Shown here: positions 1-27,849 of the stretch, piece by piece
How the letters are laid out: every line of letters starts with the position of its first letter
How positions within the stretch are numbered: position 1 is the first letter of the stretch
Assembly: GCF_009914755.1 (NCBI RefSeq)
Contig: NC_060933.1
Length of the DNA: 64,000 nucleotides
Strand: one strand, 5' to 3'
From: the human T2T-CHM13v2.0 reference genome, Homo sapiens
Made by a program: the position numbers and the translations under genes
Notes under the pieces: generated by a model
Databases searched by the model: none
What the model was told of the DNA's origin: nothing
Seen by the model: only the letters and a program-made list of their open reading frames with translations

Positions 1-6503
<6,503 letters not shown>

Positions 6504-7059
6504 CCATTTTTAGATTTTTTTTTATAGCCCTTTTACCCCTCCCACTTCTTGTGCTGTCTTGGTGTGTGTATGAAAAAGAGAGAGAGAGAGAGAGGAAGGA
6601 GAGCAAGAGTGAGAGAAAAAGAGAATATGGTTACTTAGCCCTTTTTCCCAAATCTGTTTTTGCTTTTGGGGATAGGATATGGTTATGGTGAAGTACTCCA
6701 CACAGACCCCACCAAGTTTGCCTCTCCTGCGCTACAGCCACTGAGCAGGTGACTGAGGCGCTGTTGATCCAGGGTCATATCCTTACTCGCCCTAGAATGT
6801 AAGCTCAGGCAGGGCAGAGGCCATGCCTGACATGTGCATCCCAATGCTTTACACAGCCTAGGTGCCTAGCACATGCTAGATGCTTGGTAAATATTTGCTG
6901 AATGAAAGATCAAATGAATGATTGCAGCAAGCAAGTCCTGTAGGCATCCTGGAGCCCAAGGATTCTGCAGTAGGCAGCTTTCACAGAGGTTCTTCCAGTG
7001 TAGTGGCTCTAGCTCTGGGTGAAGTAGGATCATCAATGTCGGCCCCCAGGGTTCACAGC

Positions 7060-7223
7060 TGTTCTGAGCCCCGCCCCCAGGTGGCAGGGCAGCCCAGTCA
7101 GTCAGTCACGTGCTGGCGGCTGGCCAATCATCGGGGGCGGCGCGGGGAGGGGTGGTGTGGACGGAGAAAGTGAAAGGTGAGGCACGGCCCTGCAGATTTT
7201 CCAGCGGATCCCCCGGTGGCCTC
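7060..7223 (+). promoter_or_regulatory. GALT: GALT CpG-rich promoter: GC boxes, (GTCA)3, E-box, CCAAT
   Basis: GTCA x3 at 7097-7108 overlapping CACGTG at 7107-7112, CCAAT at 7124-7128, GC boxes near 7070 and 7134, high CpG density. Confidence 0.85.
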
Positions 7224-10977
<3,754 letters not shown>

Positions 10978-11084
10978 CCACGCCGACCACAGGGCCTTGA
11001 ATCCTTTTTTGTTTTCAACAGTCTTGCTGAATTAAGCAGAAAGGGCCTTGAATCCTGGCCTGGAATTTGGGCAGATATAGCATT

Positions 11085-11090
11085 AATAAA
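11085..11090 (+). terminator. GALT: GALT polyadenylation signal AATAAA
   Basis: AATAAA about 108 nt after the stop codon. Confidence 0.85.
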
Positions 11091-12229
11091 ACTGTGCATC
11101 TCAAACTTTTATCACATACTCTAATATCAGAGGAGTGTGAACCTTCAGAGATCTAGGGTTAAAAGCTAAAGGCATAGCTCCAGCTACAACTTTTCTTTGT
11201 CTACAGATGTGTAAAATCTTGATGCAAAAATCTACCCCAAATTTCTGAACAAAATTAATATTCAGTATTATATCTAGCCTATAGATTCTCTTACTCTTGG
11301 TGTAATGACAGCATTCCCAGTTTAGGAAACTGTTTTAAAATCTTGTGTCTTGGTTGTGGCTGAGGCTTTGGGAAGGCCAGAGCCCCCTTTGCCACCACCC
11401 CTAGGGTGTCAGCTCCAAGCCTGGGCCTGAGGGTTTGATGGGGAGCGGGTGAGCTGGATCCTGATCCCAGTGGTCAGTGGCCAGATCCTGGGCTGCTGGC
11501 CAGAACCCTGGCTTTGTGAGTGGCTGCAGCTTGGCTCTGCTCCAGCCCACAGGGGCTAAAGGGGCGGGTAGGGAGTGTGTAGGGAGCGTGTACGTGGCTT
11601 TGTGTCCTTGGCTCCTCCAGACTCTCACATGTGCGGGCACCATATACTTCTGCTGCCCTTGTGCCCCAATCATTGCACAAACAGAAACAGCTCTGACAGA
11701 GAAGGGACTGCTAGAGTTAGGAACCCTAGGGCCTGGAAGGAAGGTATGGCTCTCAGAGTGACCTGGGGTCTATTCAGTCCCCTCTGGACCTGTTTCCCTG
11801 GCAACGCTGTGGGAACAACAGTCTATGCAACACAGGAGACCTGATGCCACTGGTGTCCTCCAAATTTTAAGGCGAAGGCAGGCATTGTGAATGATGCAGG
11901 GATGGCCAGAATGGTTTTTGCCTTCGTTCTTTCCCCAGGGGAACCAAGCCTGTGGGTGGGGAAATCACACTAAGGCTGGACAGTGACTGAATCTGGCCCA
12001 GGAGAAACTTGGCTGCCTGCCTTCCAGACCAGGGTTTTTCTTCCCTGAGATCCTGGAGGGGAAGTACCTGGAACTTGGGAGTGTTGCCCTGGTCTGGAAG
12101 ATCTGATAGACATAGTATGCACACATTTCCCTCGAGCTTCCCATGACTGGGGAGTAGATGAGAACCCTGAGTGGGTGGCTGGTTTCTTGAGGCATACATA
12201 TACCCGACACACCTTACACCTCTGATTTG

Positions 12230-12372
12230 GCTGCATTTTGGAATCATCTGGGAAGTTTTAAACAATACTGGTGCCTAGGTCCAACCTCCAGAGACTCTGA
12301 TTTAATTGGTATGGGGTGGGGTTTTGCAGTTTTCAAACCACAATATCCAGCAAAGTTTGAGAACCACTGCCC
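12230..12372. mobile_element. MER5-like DNA transposon fragment
   Basis: gaatcatctggg...ctctgatttaattggt...gtttgagaaccactg. Confidence 0.6.
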
Positions 12373-12639
12373 TACACAGCCCTCCTTCTTCTTTATCTTA
12401 TCTGGAGTCAGGGGCACCTTCAGCTTCTCCAATCACCTGGCCAGTGGCTCTTGTTTCCAGTCCTGCTGTTCCAGGGTGGATAGGCCTTCAGGCGGAGACC
12501 CAGGAATCCAGCTCCAGACTCTGTCCCAAGCAGCCTCTTCAGTCCGGGACGGGACAGGAAGTGTCCGGCGGAGGTGGGGGTGGAGGTGATTGGCAGTTGG
12601 AGTCTCCAATGGGCCAGGAGCCCCCCTATTTCACTCCTC

Positions 12640-12761
12640 TCCTTCCATTGGCGCCTGGGCGGAGCCACCCCCGCTGCGGGGGCCCAGGGCGGGAGGGAGT
12701 AGAGGCCGGGGCAGAGGGCGAGGGCGAGGGCAGAGGGCGCTGGCGGCAGCGGCCGCGGAAG
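12640..12761 (+). promoter_or_regulatory. IL11RA: IL11RA GC-rich promoter and non-coding first exon (donor after 12761)
   Basis: Small CpG/GC-box cluster ending in GGAAG|gtgagg, upstream of the ATG exon. Confidence 0.75.
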
Positions 12762-14439
12762 GTGAGGCCTGGTGTAGACGCCAAAGTCTTGTCAGGAGTG
12801 GGCGGGGCAGGGTGATGTATGATCTGAAAGGCCGGGAGTGACTAACGACTGTCAGTGTGTGTGTGCCTGTGAGGCTGTGTCTGTGTGACAGTATCATTGT
12901 GTGCGATTCTGAGTGTCACTTGGTGCAGCTGTCAGCTAATGTGACTGCGTGTGTCAGTGTGCATGGAGCTGGAGGTGCATGTGGCTGTGCAAGTGTGGGA
13001 TTATGTGTGTATCTGTCAATGCACATTTTTGGTGGGACTGGGTTGTGTGTTTGTGTGAGAGGGACTGTGACCACATGAGGGAATGTGTTTTGGGAAGGTC
13101 TCTGTGGGGTTTGAGACCATGTCTGCCAGCGTGAGAGTGGGTGGCTGGCTTTGTGTGTGCCAATGTGTGACTTCAGCAGTAGCAGAGCAAAAGTGAGGTT
13201 TGTGACTATGTGTGTGTCCTGGGTCCTAACTTAAACCGTGTGGGAGTACAGCTGTATTCATGTATTGGGGGACCTACCTCAAGAGCCCATGGGACTGACC
13301 TTTCTCTTAAGTGTCCAGCATTGACAGACACACCCACAACACACGTGGCTTCCCCTCCTTCCTCTGCTCAAGAATCCCCAGCATCAGGTCTACTGCTCCT
13401 TATTTTCTGTTTCCCTGCTTGGCTCAGTTTCCCTTACGTGCCGTTTTCTGTCCCTATTGCTGTCTTACTAGAGATACCTCTGTGTGTTTCTTCACAGCTT
13501 TGTTCCCCTGGTCTCTCTGTGTGGGTGCATTTCCAGTTTTGCCTTTCCTGCCTCTCTGTCTCTCTCTGTGCCCCTATGCCTGCCTTCCCTGCTGATCTTG
13601 ATCTCTGGCTAGTTGGGGGCCTGTAACAGTGATGAGATGCGGGTCTGCCCCGGCTAAGAGCTCCCTGAGAGAGGGGGCTTAGACCATGATGAAGAGTTGC
13701 TTTTAGGCGGTGCTGTGAGCCCTGGTAGGGGCTGTGTGCGTGTGTGACTGCGTGAGTGTATGAATATGTGTAAGTGTGTCTGAGTCTGAGGCGGTGTGGC
13801 TGTGCCCGTGTGACTGTGAGTGACCGCATGTGAGAGTGTATGAGTCTGAGGGTAACTGTGGGTCTTGTGTATCTGGCACCAAGGGACCAAAGGCATTTCC
13901 TGGTGCTGGGGCCCAAAGAATGGAGGGGGAGGTGAGAAATGGCTGGAACTTCCAGGGGAGGGGGAACTGGACTCTTTGGCCTCTCCTTATATCCCCCAAC
14001 CTGGGGCCTCCCTTCCCCTGGAAGCACAGCCAGCTGTACCCTAAGGAAACATTTGGTGAGGAGTGAAAAGAGGGGGAGTTTGTATCTGATTTTTCATTTG
14101 ATTGTGTCCACGTGTGTTCAAAGGCATGCCCTTTTGTTAACTGTGCCTCTTGAGTCTGTGTGTGAATGTGACTGTGTCTGGCTGTGTGAAAACACAGGGC
14201 ATCTCTCACTGACAGGGACATAAGTATTAGCCACCCTCCTTTCCCTCTTGCTGGCCTTGGCTGTGTCTGTGGCTTCCTTTCCAGACTTGGGGGAGGCCTC
14301 TTCCCTTCCCAGGGCCTTGGGTGGGAGGGAAGGAGGGAGGAGGCAGGAGCAGGGAGGGGGCCTGGCTAGGGGCGGCAGAGCTCCAGGGCTTAGAGGGGGC
14401 GGGGCAGGGAAGGGGAAGGAGGGGATGGCTCTGGGGTCC

Positions 14440-14527
14440 CAGAACTGAGTGGAGTAGGAGACGGGGGCTGTAGCTGGTGAGAGGAAGTCCTAGAGGCTAT
14501 GGACACTCTGCTGCTGGGATCACCGAG
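14440..14527 (+). other. IL11RA: IL11RA alternative non-coding first exon (donor after 14527)
   Basis: ...GGATCACCGAG|gtaggg donor preceded by a G-rich GC box at ~14395. Matches a recalled IL11RA 5' UTR. Confidence 0.7.
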
Positions 14528-15510
14528 GTAGGGTGGGGCTAAGCAGGGTAAGTGTGGCTGGGTGGCCAGGGGTGAGCCAACTGGACACACTCAGACAGAC
14601 ACACAGACAGGTGGAGGCCCTGCTCTGCTCTACTCCTACTCCTGAAGGGTCCGTGCTCTTCCTCTTCTGGTCGTGTTCCCAGAGCCCTTTCCCCGCCTGC
14701 CCCTTCGTTCTCCATCCACTTCACCACTGCCTTCCTCCTTCTGCTCCCCCTTGTCCAGAATCTCTCTCTCCTAGCATCCCCCACCTGCCATATAGACACA
14801 CTGTTAGCTTTTTGAGTTTCCGCTGACCCCAATCCAGTCTTTCCAACACTTCCCACACTGCCCCATCACCTCCTAGTCCTGATCTCTGAGTATCTCTTGG
14901 TGCTGTGGCCCCCATGCCTGTCCCTGCAGGCTCCCAGTTCCTCTCAGCCTCTCATCCCCTTCCCTCCCCTCCCCTCCCCGCCACCCTGTCTCCATTTCCA
15001 TCTGCTGGCTCCTCGCCCACCCCCAGCCTCTGGCAGCAGCCAGGGCATCTGGATCTGCTTAACTACACAGCCCCAGCCTGCACCCTAGCCCCATCCAGCT
15101 TCACAAACTGGAGACCAACGAAGTGTCAAGAGCCAGGCCCAGCTGAGTGGCCCAAGTAGCCAGACCAAGGAGCCAGGTTCAGGCGAGAAGCCTGGCAGCC
15201 AGGGCAGGGGTGGGCCTCAGGGTGGGAGTGCAGGATGGGCTCAGATCCATGATGACACCCTTCCCCCAGGGTGATAAGGTCTGCCTAGGTTAATCAGAGG
15301 CAGTGATAAGCCCTGGACCAGGTGGGGGTAAATACCAGAATTCCCAACAGCTGGACTGGAGGGGTTAATGGGAGTGGCTGAGCTGGTGCCAGTGCTTGGT
15401 GCCAGGGGTGGGCGCCAAGGGCAGTGGAGGGGGAGTTGCTGGCACAGTCTGTTGCCTCCGGCTTTTGTTCTGGGCCCTAAGCCCAGGACTGAGATGGAGG
15501 GTGTGAGGGG

Positions 15511-15522
15511 GTGTGTGTGTCC

Positions 15523-15553
<31 letters not shown>

Positions 15554-15564
15554 CACGCACATGC
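15511..15564. repeat. (GT)n(GC)n microsatellite in IL11RA intron 1
   Basis: Alternating purine-pyrimidine run, directly visible. Confidence 0.95.
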
Positions 15565-15729
15565 AAAGCACTGGGTATACAGTGGGAAAGGGGACCTCAG
15601 GTCAGTTCCCGCAGTGATTTCTAACAGCCTTACCCCACTTGGTGCATCAATTTTTCTCCTAGGAAGCCTCAGTTTTGGAGAGGAAGAGCCAGGCTTTAGC
15701 CTCCCATCTCAGGGGTCGGGGATTTTTGA

Positions 15730-22028
<6,299 letters not shown>

Positions 22029-22390
22029 AGGACCCAGGAGGGCTTCGGCAGATTCCACCTATAATTCTGTCTTGCTGGTGTGGATAGAAACCAGGCAGGA
22101 CAGTAGATCCCTATGGTTGGATCTCAGCTGGAAGTTCTGTTTGGAGCCCATTTCTGTGAGACCCTGTATTTCAAATTTGCAGCTGAAAGGTGCTTGTACC
22201 TCTGATTTCACCCCAGAGTTGGAGTTCTGCTCAAGGAACGTGTGTAATGTGTACATCTGTGTCCATGTGTGACCATGTGTCTGTGAGGCAGGGAACATGT
22301 ATTCTCTGCATGCATGTATGTAGGTGCCTGGGGAGTGTGTGTGGGTCCTTGGCTCTTGGCCTTTCCCCTTGCAGGGGTTGTGCAGGTGTG

Positions 22391-22396
22391 AATAAA
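22391..22396 (+). terminator. IL11RA: IL11RA polyA signal AATAAA
   Basis: AATAAA about 360 nt after the stop codon. Confidence 0.85.
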
Positions 22397-22449
22397 GAGA
22401 ATAAGGAAGTTCTTGGAGATTATACTCAGAAATTATTATCCAATGCTGC

Positions 22450-22455
22450 TTTATT
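22450..22455 (-). terminator. CCL27: CCL27 polyA signal AATAAA
   Basis: TTTATT on the + strand, about 19 nt past the CCL27 stop. Confidence 0.85.
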
Positions 22456-22473
22456 ATTTGGCTATTGGGGGCT

Positions 22474-23163
22474 TCAGCCCATTTTCCTTAGCATCCCAAA
22501 ATTCAGCTTGGGCAGAGTCCCATGGAGCTTTCTCTCTTGGTGCTCAAACCACTGTGACAGGCTGGGGTTCTGGGGGTGGATGCAGATGCTGCGTTGAGCC
22601 AGGTGAAGCCTGGGTAGAGAAAGGTCCAAAGCTATGACCATAGCTTGGGGATGAGATTAGGGTCATCCCCAATGACCCTAATTAGGGGTTAGGAGCAAGG
22701 ACCAGATGAAAACCTGAGTTGGCAACAGAATTAGCAGTTAGGGCTGGGGTTGGGATCAGCATTAGGGGTTGGGACTGAGGTCAGAGTCAGGGGTATCAGG
22801 GGTGGGAGCTCACACGAAAGCCTGGAGGTGACAGTCCCCGTCAGCCTCCTGCAGTTCCACCTGGATGACCTTCCTCAGTAGCTTGTCTGAGAGTGGCTTT
22901 CGGTAGAGCTGAGTACAGCAGGCAGTGCTGGGTGGCAGTAGGAATGCTAGGGGCAACAGGGCCATGTGTTCAGAGGGATCCTGACCAAGAACCTCTCTGC
23001 CAGACAGCTGGAGGTTAGGTTGGATTTCCTGGGTCTTTTCAACTTCATCCCATTCACCCAGACCCCCAGCTTTCTATACCCCCAAGTACTCACCTGCTGT
23101 AGGGTCTGGGCTCAGGAGCAATGACAGCAGCAGGAGGCTGCAGAAGGTTGGGGGCCCCTTCAT
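22474..23163 (-). CDS. CCL27: C-C motif chemokine 27 (CTACK/ILC), 112 aa
   Basis: Exons 23163-23094, 22946-22814, 22609-22474 (70+133+136=339 nt). Reads MKGPPTFCSLLLLSLLLSPDPTAAFLLPPSTACC...; GT-AG introns. Confidence 0.98.
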
Positions 23164-24031
23164 GTTGCTCAGCCTAGACTCTTCCTTCTCTCTCTCTCCT
23201 CCTCCCCTACCTTTTATCTGGGTGCCTTTTACCTGGGGCACTAGGTGAGTCAGAGGCAGTTGGAGATGTACTGTGTAACCTGTGACACTCCTGGGCCCTA
23301 ATTCTCGGCCTGTTGCCACAGACTCCTTCCTCATCTAGGATAGCCATTTCCCATGTGCTCCTAAGCTCTGGGCAGTGAAGCTGGGGGAAGGATTAGTGTG
23401 TGATGTAGGGACTGATGGAACAGTGAGTAAGGGCAGTCAAGCATCCACAGCAGCATCTAATGATAGACATTCACACTCAAATACGCATAGCCACACATTC
23501 AAAGTCACTCCTCAATCACTTGGTCAACCTCACAAAGTCATACTCATGATCAGACAACCGTAGACAAAATTATATAGCCCCGGTTATACTCAAAGTCCCT
23601 CTCCCACCCAATTGTGTTTTCACAGTCATCCAATCACAAGCAAATTCACACTAGCACACACAGATTCTGATAGGGGAGTTGTGGGTGGGGTGGGAGCAGA
23701 GGGCAGGCAAGCACCAACTTGCCTTCACCTTCTCCTCCCCACTTCCTGGCTTGGCCTGCCTGTCTTATCAGAAGAAATGGATGGGAATGGGTCCCTAGAG
23801 CAGGCCCTTCTGGCTGAGGAGGTTCTTGGCTGAGGCCAGCCCCATTCAGAGAAGCTGGGGGAAGGCCCTTTATGGTAATATTAAGGGTGTTTTGGAGATG
23901 CTGAGGTGGGGCAGCTTTCCCCAGGATGATGAGACAGGGAGGAAAGGTGGGGTAGATAAGGAGGGAAGATAAAAGCTCTTTGGTGCTAGGTTACTGTTGT
24001 CAAAACAGGTAAAAGGCCCAGTGAATCTTAC

Positions 24032-24131
24032 CTTCCTGTTTTTGTCTAGTCCTGTTCCAGGAATGCCAACCTCTTGCCAGCAGGGGCCTAGGGTCTCCAG
24101 ATCCAGTCCCTGACTTGTTGAAGACATTGGA
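24032..24131 (-). pseudogene. Frameshifted PESKY-type alternative CCL27 exon
   Basis: Reads SPMSSTSQGLDLETLG, then in the shifted frame LLARGWHSWNRTRQKQE, then AAG|gtaaga. Resembles the recalled mouse PESKY N-terminus MSPTSQRLSLEAPSLPLRSWHPWNKTKQKQE. Confidence 0.75.
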
Positions 24132-25429
24132 CTCAAGCACTCAATTACATCTTTGTTTTACTCAAATTCCAGCCTCCTTCCTGGGCCTGGAGGAACATCC
24201 CCTCTCCCTACCCGGGTTCAGTCACACCCTCATGTCCAACTGCTATACCCCCTGCATCCCACCCTCCAGCTATAGCCGCTTCTCTCCTAATCCCATACCC
24301 AGCTGTCACTCCGTTCTTTACCCCCTCCCCGCAATGCAAAGCTCCTATTCATCTTTATCCAGTCCTTTCCAGGAAGCTGGGAGCTGCCTAGGGTGGGGGT
24401 ATGCTGCCAAGTTCAGTGCCCCTGGCTCCTTTAAGAATTTCCCACTCCTGGTCCAGGGATCTCAATCTGCAAGTCCTGCTCTATATTTGAAACATAAACC
24501 AAGTCATAACACAGTAATCCAGCCCTTATCTTGTTGCAGTCGTCTGCTGTAGGGTCAGCCACTCTCTATGGAGTAGGCTTTCTCTTGGGATAGGGCTTAG
24601 GCCTTTCTCTTGTGTCCCAAGGCTTGTTGGGTGTAGCCACTGAGGAAATCCCAAGGAAATCTCCCAGGTTCCTCGGGCTTGTCATAGACCTTCTTCATCA
24701 CTTGGCTGTGCGCTACATACTTTCTGGTCTTCCCTGGGCTTGTCGGTCCAGAAGTCTTCGGAAGGCAGAAAACAAATGCTTTTGGGTGTGCACCCATCTC
24801 TCCCCTTTAAGACCAAGTCTTCTCCCCAGCCACAATCTGCTGTAGCTTTGGCCCCAGCCAGAAACTGGGCCATCTCTTTCTTTAACTTAATCTTGTGGTG
24901 CCCTTTCTGGTGCTGGGTCCAGTCCCTAACTGAAGGCAGGCCCACATAGCAGTCCCTGATTCTCACCACTTGAGGAGTTAGTGGGTCCCAGGCTGATTGG
25001 GTGACAGAAGGGGGCGGCAGAGAGCAGTGGCCCTTGGACTCTCCTAGGGAGGGAGCAAGAACTTCTAGGTAGGCTGATGCCAAGGATCTCTAAACTTGGG
25101 ATCAGACTGGAGGAGCCAAAAGTTGGGGTATGAACTGTAGGAAAGGTCGCCAACCCAAGTCGCTCCTCTGTGGCAGGCAGCTTCTAGGAATCTCCCCCTC
25201 TTATCATTTACAGCCTGCATCCTACACCTCTGCTTAAAATGTTTTAGATATACTCCCAGCAGAGAAGATTCTTCAGACAGCTGGCAAAGTCCTCGCTCCG
25301 AGGAAGGGAGTAACAGGCAGGATTATTTAGTTCTCTTCATATAGGCGACTCACAGTATGGGTTTTTGGGGGTTGGGATTGGGGGAGACAGCCATTGATAG
25401 TAACAGGAGGCCTGACACTGATGAGGGGC

Positions 25430-26800
25430 TTTGACGTGGAAGGGCACCCTTCCAGGGAGGGACGCCCTGTCAGTACGGAACAGAGCCCGTGTGGGGAGGG
25501 GCGCTCGGCTCGAATGGCGACAGCGGCGGCAGAGTCAGGAGGTCAGTACGGTGGGCTTCGGTTTAAATCTTTAATGCACTGGCTGGCTGGGCAGCGGCGG
25601 TGGGGCTGCGGCGGGGGAAGCCACGACCCGAGCGCTGGGGAGTAGGACCCAGGCCGCTGGACAGACAGCTCATCAGGCCTCGCAGAGGCTCCAGCTTCTG
25701 CTCCCCGGGGTGCGCCGAGCTGTGGGGCGACCCGACACTGGCATGAGGCGGGGCGGGAGCTACCGGATTCCCCCCGATGGGTCCTCAGAGACTGAGTCCC
25801 GTCCATGCCCGGGGCGGGTCCGCGGTATCGCAGCCTCCTCACCTCCGCTCCCTCCGCCACATGCGAAGCCAGGGGAAAAAGTAGAAACAGCCCCAGTAGA
25901 TCCTGCAGAGAGAGGGCAGAGCCGGGCGGGGCGGGGCGGGGCGGGGAGGAGCTGACCCTACAGACTCCGCCCCGCGGTGCCTCGCCGTCGAGGAAGGCTC
26001 CGCCCCGCCTCTAAAAGCGGCTCCCTTCGCGCCCACGCCCCTGGGAGGCTCGCCCTGCCCACCCCTCGCCCCCGCAGAACTCCACCCTCCCCCACCCCGG
26101 AGCCGCCTGGTTCCTCCTCCGCAGAACCCGCCTCCACTCACTCCTCCTCCGCCTCCAGCGCCACCTCGTATCTCCTCATTCCCGACATGTCCTGGGCTCC
26201 GAACGTCTCCTGGGGAGCGGCATGATTGAATCAGGGATTCCCTAGCCCCAGGTCCCCTTCTCCGTCATTCTCAGGACGAGGCTGCCCAGTTCTCAGGTAA
26301 TCTGAGGCTGATGCCCCCGAGAAGCCTCAGTTGCCACCACGGGACAGGGTGGGCTTGGAGATTTGGGAGGCACTGGAAGTTAAGGGGTGAGGAGGCCGGT
26401 CATCTCCGGGGCCTGGGGCATTTAGGGGGCCAGGGCGAGAGGTTTGGCGGTCATGGGGCTGGGAGATTTGGGGCCCTGGGTGAGGATTTTCAGGGGCTGG
26501 GGTCACCTGGAGGGGGGGCTGAGAGGGGTCAGCGCAGCCTAAACTCCCGCCCTCCCTGGCTCCACCCCGGAAACGGACCGTTACTATTACGTCACAGGGA
26601 TGCCGTTGCGCACTAGGTTTGCCTGTCCCCCGGAAGGGGTGGGGTGTTCATGTCTCCCAGAGGAGGCGGAGTCGAAACGTCATCTTACGGGGTGAGGCCA
26701 GGGGCGGAGTCGGTTGATTAAGATGCGGGCAAAGGACCCTCTTTTATAGGTGTCAGGTCAGGTTTTGGAGCTACACCTTGGGGGGCCGAGGCTTCCGCAG
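25430..26800. promoter_or_regulatory. CpG island, probable bidirectional promoter
   Basis: Dense CpG, tandem GGGGCG boxes at 25923-25946, CRE-like ACGTCA at ~26589 and ~26678, + strand donor CTCAG|gtaat after 26296. Confidence 0.8.
25563..26188 (-). CDS. Small 3-exon ORF, 87 aa (LOC730098-like uncharacterised protein)
   Basis: Exons 26188-26142, 25902-25843, 25719-25563 (47+60+157=264 nt) with canonical GT-AG sites. MSGMRRYEVALEAEEEIYWGCFYFFPWLRMWRRERSSAHPGEQKLEPLRGLMSCLSSGLGPTPQRSGRGFPRRSPTAAAQPASALKI*. ATTAAA at 25570-25575. Confidence 0.7.
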
Positions 26801-27849
26801 CAGGCAGCAAGAAAAGAGAGTTGGGACTAAGTCCAGTACTGTTTTCTTAATCCCCACGTCTCCTCTACCCCTCCCTGGGCTTCTGCCCTGCCGAGTGCCT
26901 CTCTTGCCTGCCTTCCTCCCCTTGTATGACCCTGGGCCGAGGAGGAATAGGTCCTCAGATAGAGTCCAGTCTAGAAAAGGCCAGGCTACGGAAATACCTA
27001 GTTGAGTGGCCTCGGCTAAGTCACTGAATGGCCGGAGGGTCATTGCCCTTCCTCTCTGGTCTGAGACCTATCTTCTTGTGATTTTTTTTTTTTTTTTTTT
27101 TTTGCTACATTCATTCAATCAACAAATATTTGCTGAATGACCACCTGTGTGTCAGGCACTGTGCTGGGCATGGGGATGTAGTAGTAAAGAAGACAGGTGG
27201 CCGGGCACGGTGGCTCACGCCTTTAATCCCAGCACTTTGGGAGGCCGAGGTGGGTGGATCACGAGTTCAGGAGTTCAAGACCAGCCTGGCCAAGATGGTG
27301 AAACCCCGTCTCTACTAAAAATACAAAAGTTAGCCGGGCGTGGTGGCAGGCGCCTGTAATCCCAGCTACTCGGGAGGCTGAGGCAGAGAATTGCTTGAAA
27401 CTGGGAGGCGGAGGTTGCTGTGAGCTGAGATCGCACCACTGCACTCCAGCCTGGGTGACAGAGTGAGACTCCGTCTCAAACAAAACAAAACAAAACAACC
27501 AACAAACAAGACAGGCACCTTGTCTGCCCTCTGAGAGGTAGGGGTAGAGCTGGGAGGATCAAAAGAGAATAGTGAGATTCTTACTATAAATGGAGCAGGC
27601 TGGCTGGAAGAAGTAGAAGGTGTCAAGAAAGGGCAATCAACCCAGTGTGGGAGGTTGGAAATAGCTGCCCCAGAGCTCTGACATCCCAGTCAAGGCCCAG
27701 TACTGAGCTGTAGTCGGTTTGAGTAAGGGGAAAGACAGTTTTGGGGCTGGGCTGACTGTATAGGAGGGAGTGACCAGAAATAAGTGGGGTGAAAGTTTCC
27801 TCTGGTTGAAATGTGAGGAATGGATACCCCTCTTCTCTCCCTCATCCCA

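Noticed and set aside
12850-14220. Long His/Thr- or Cys/Val-rich ORFs up to 197 aa
   Set aside because: Produced by TG-rich low-complexity sequence in IL11RA intron 1.
22650-22810. TTAGGG-like G-rich motifs in CCL27 intron 2
   Set aside because: Scattered and degenerate; not an interstitial telomeric array.
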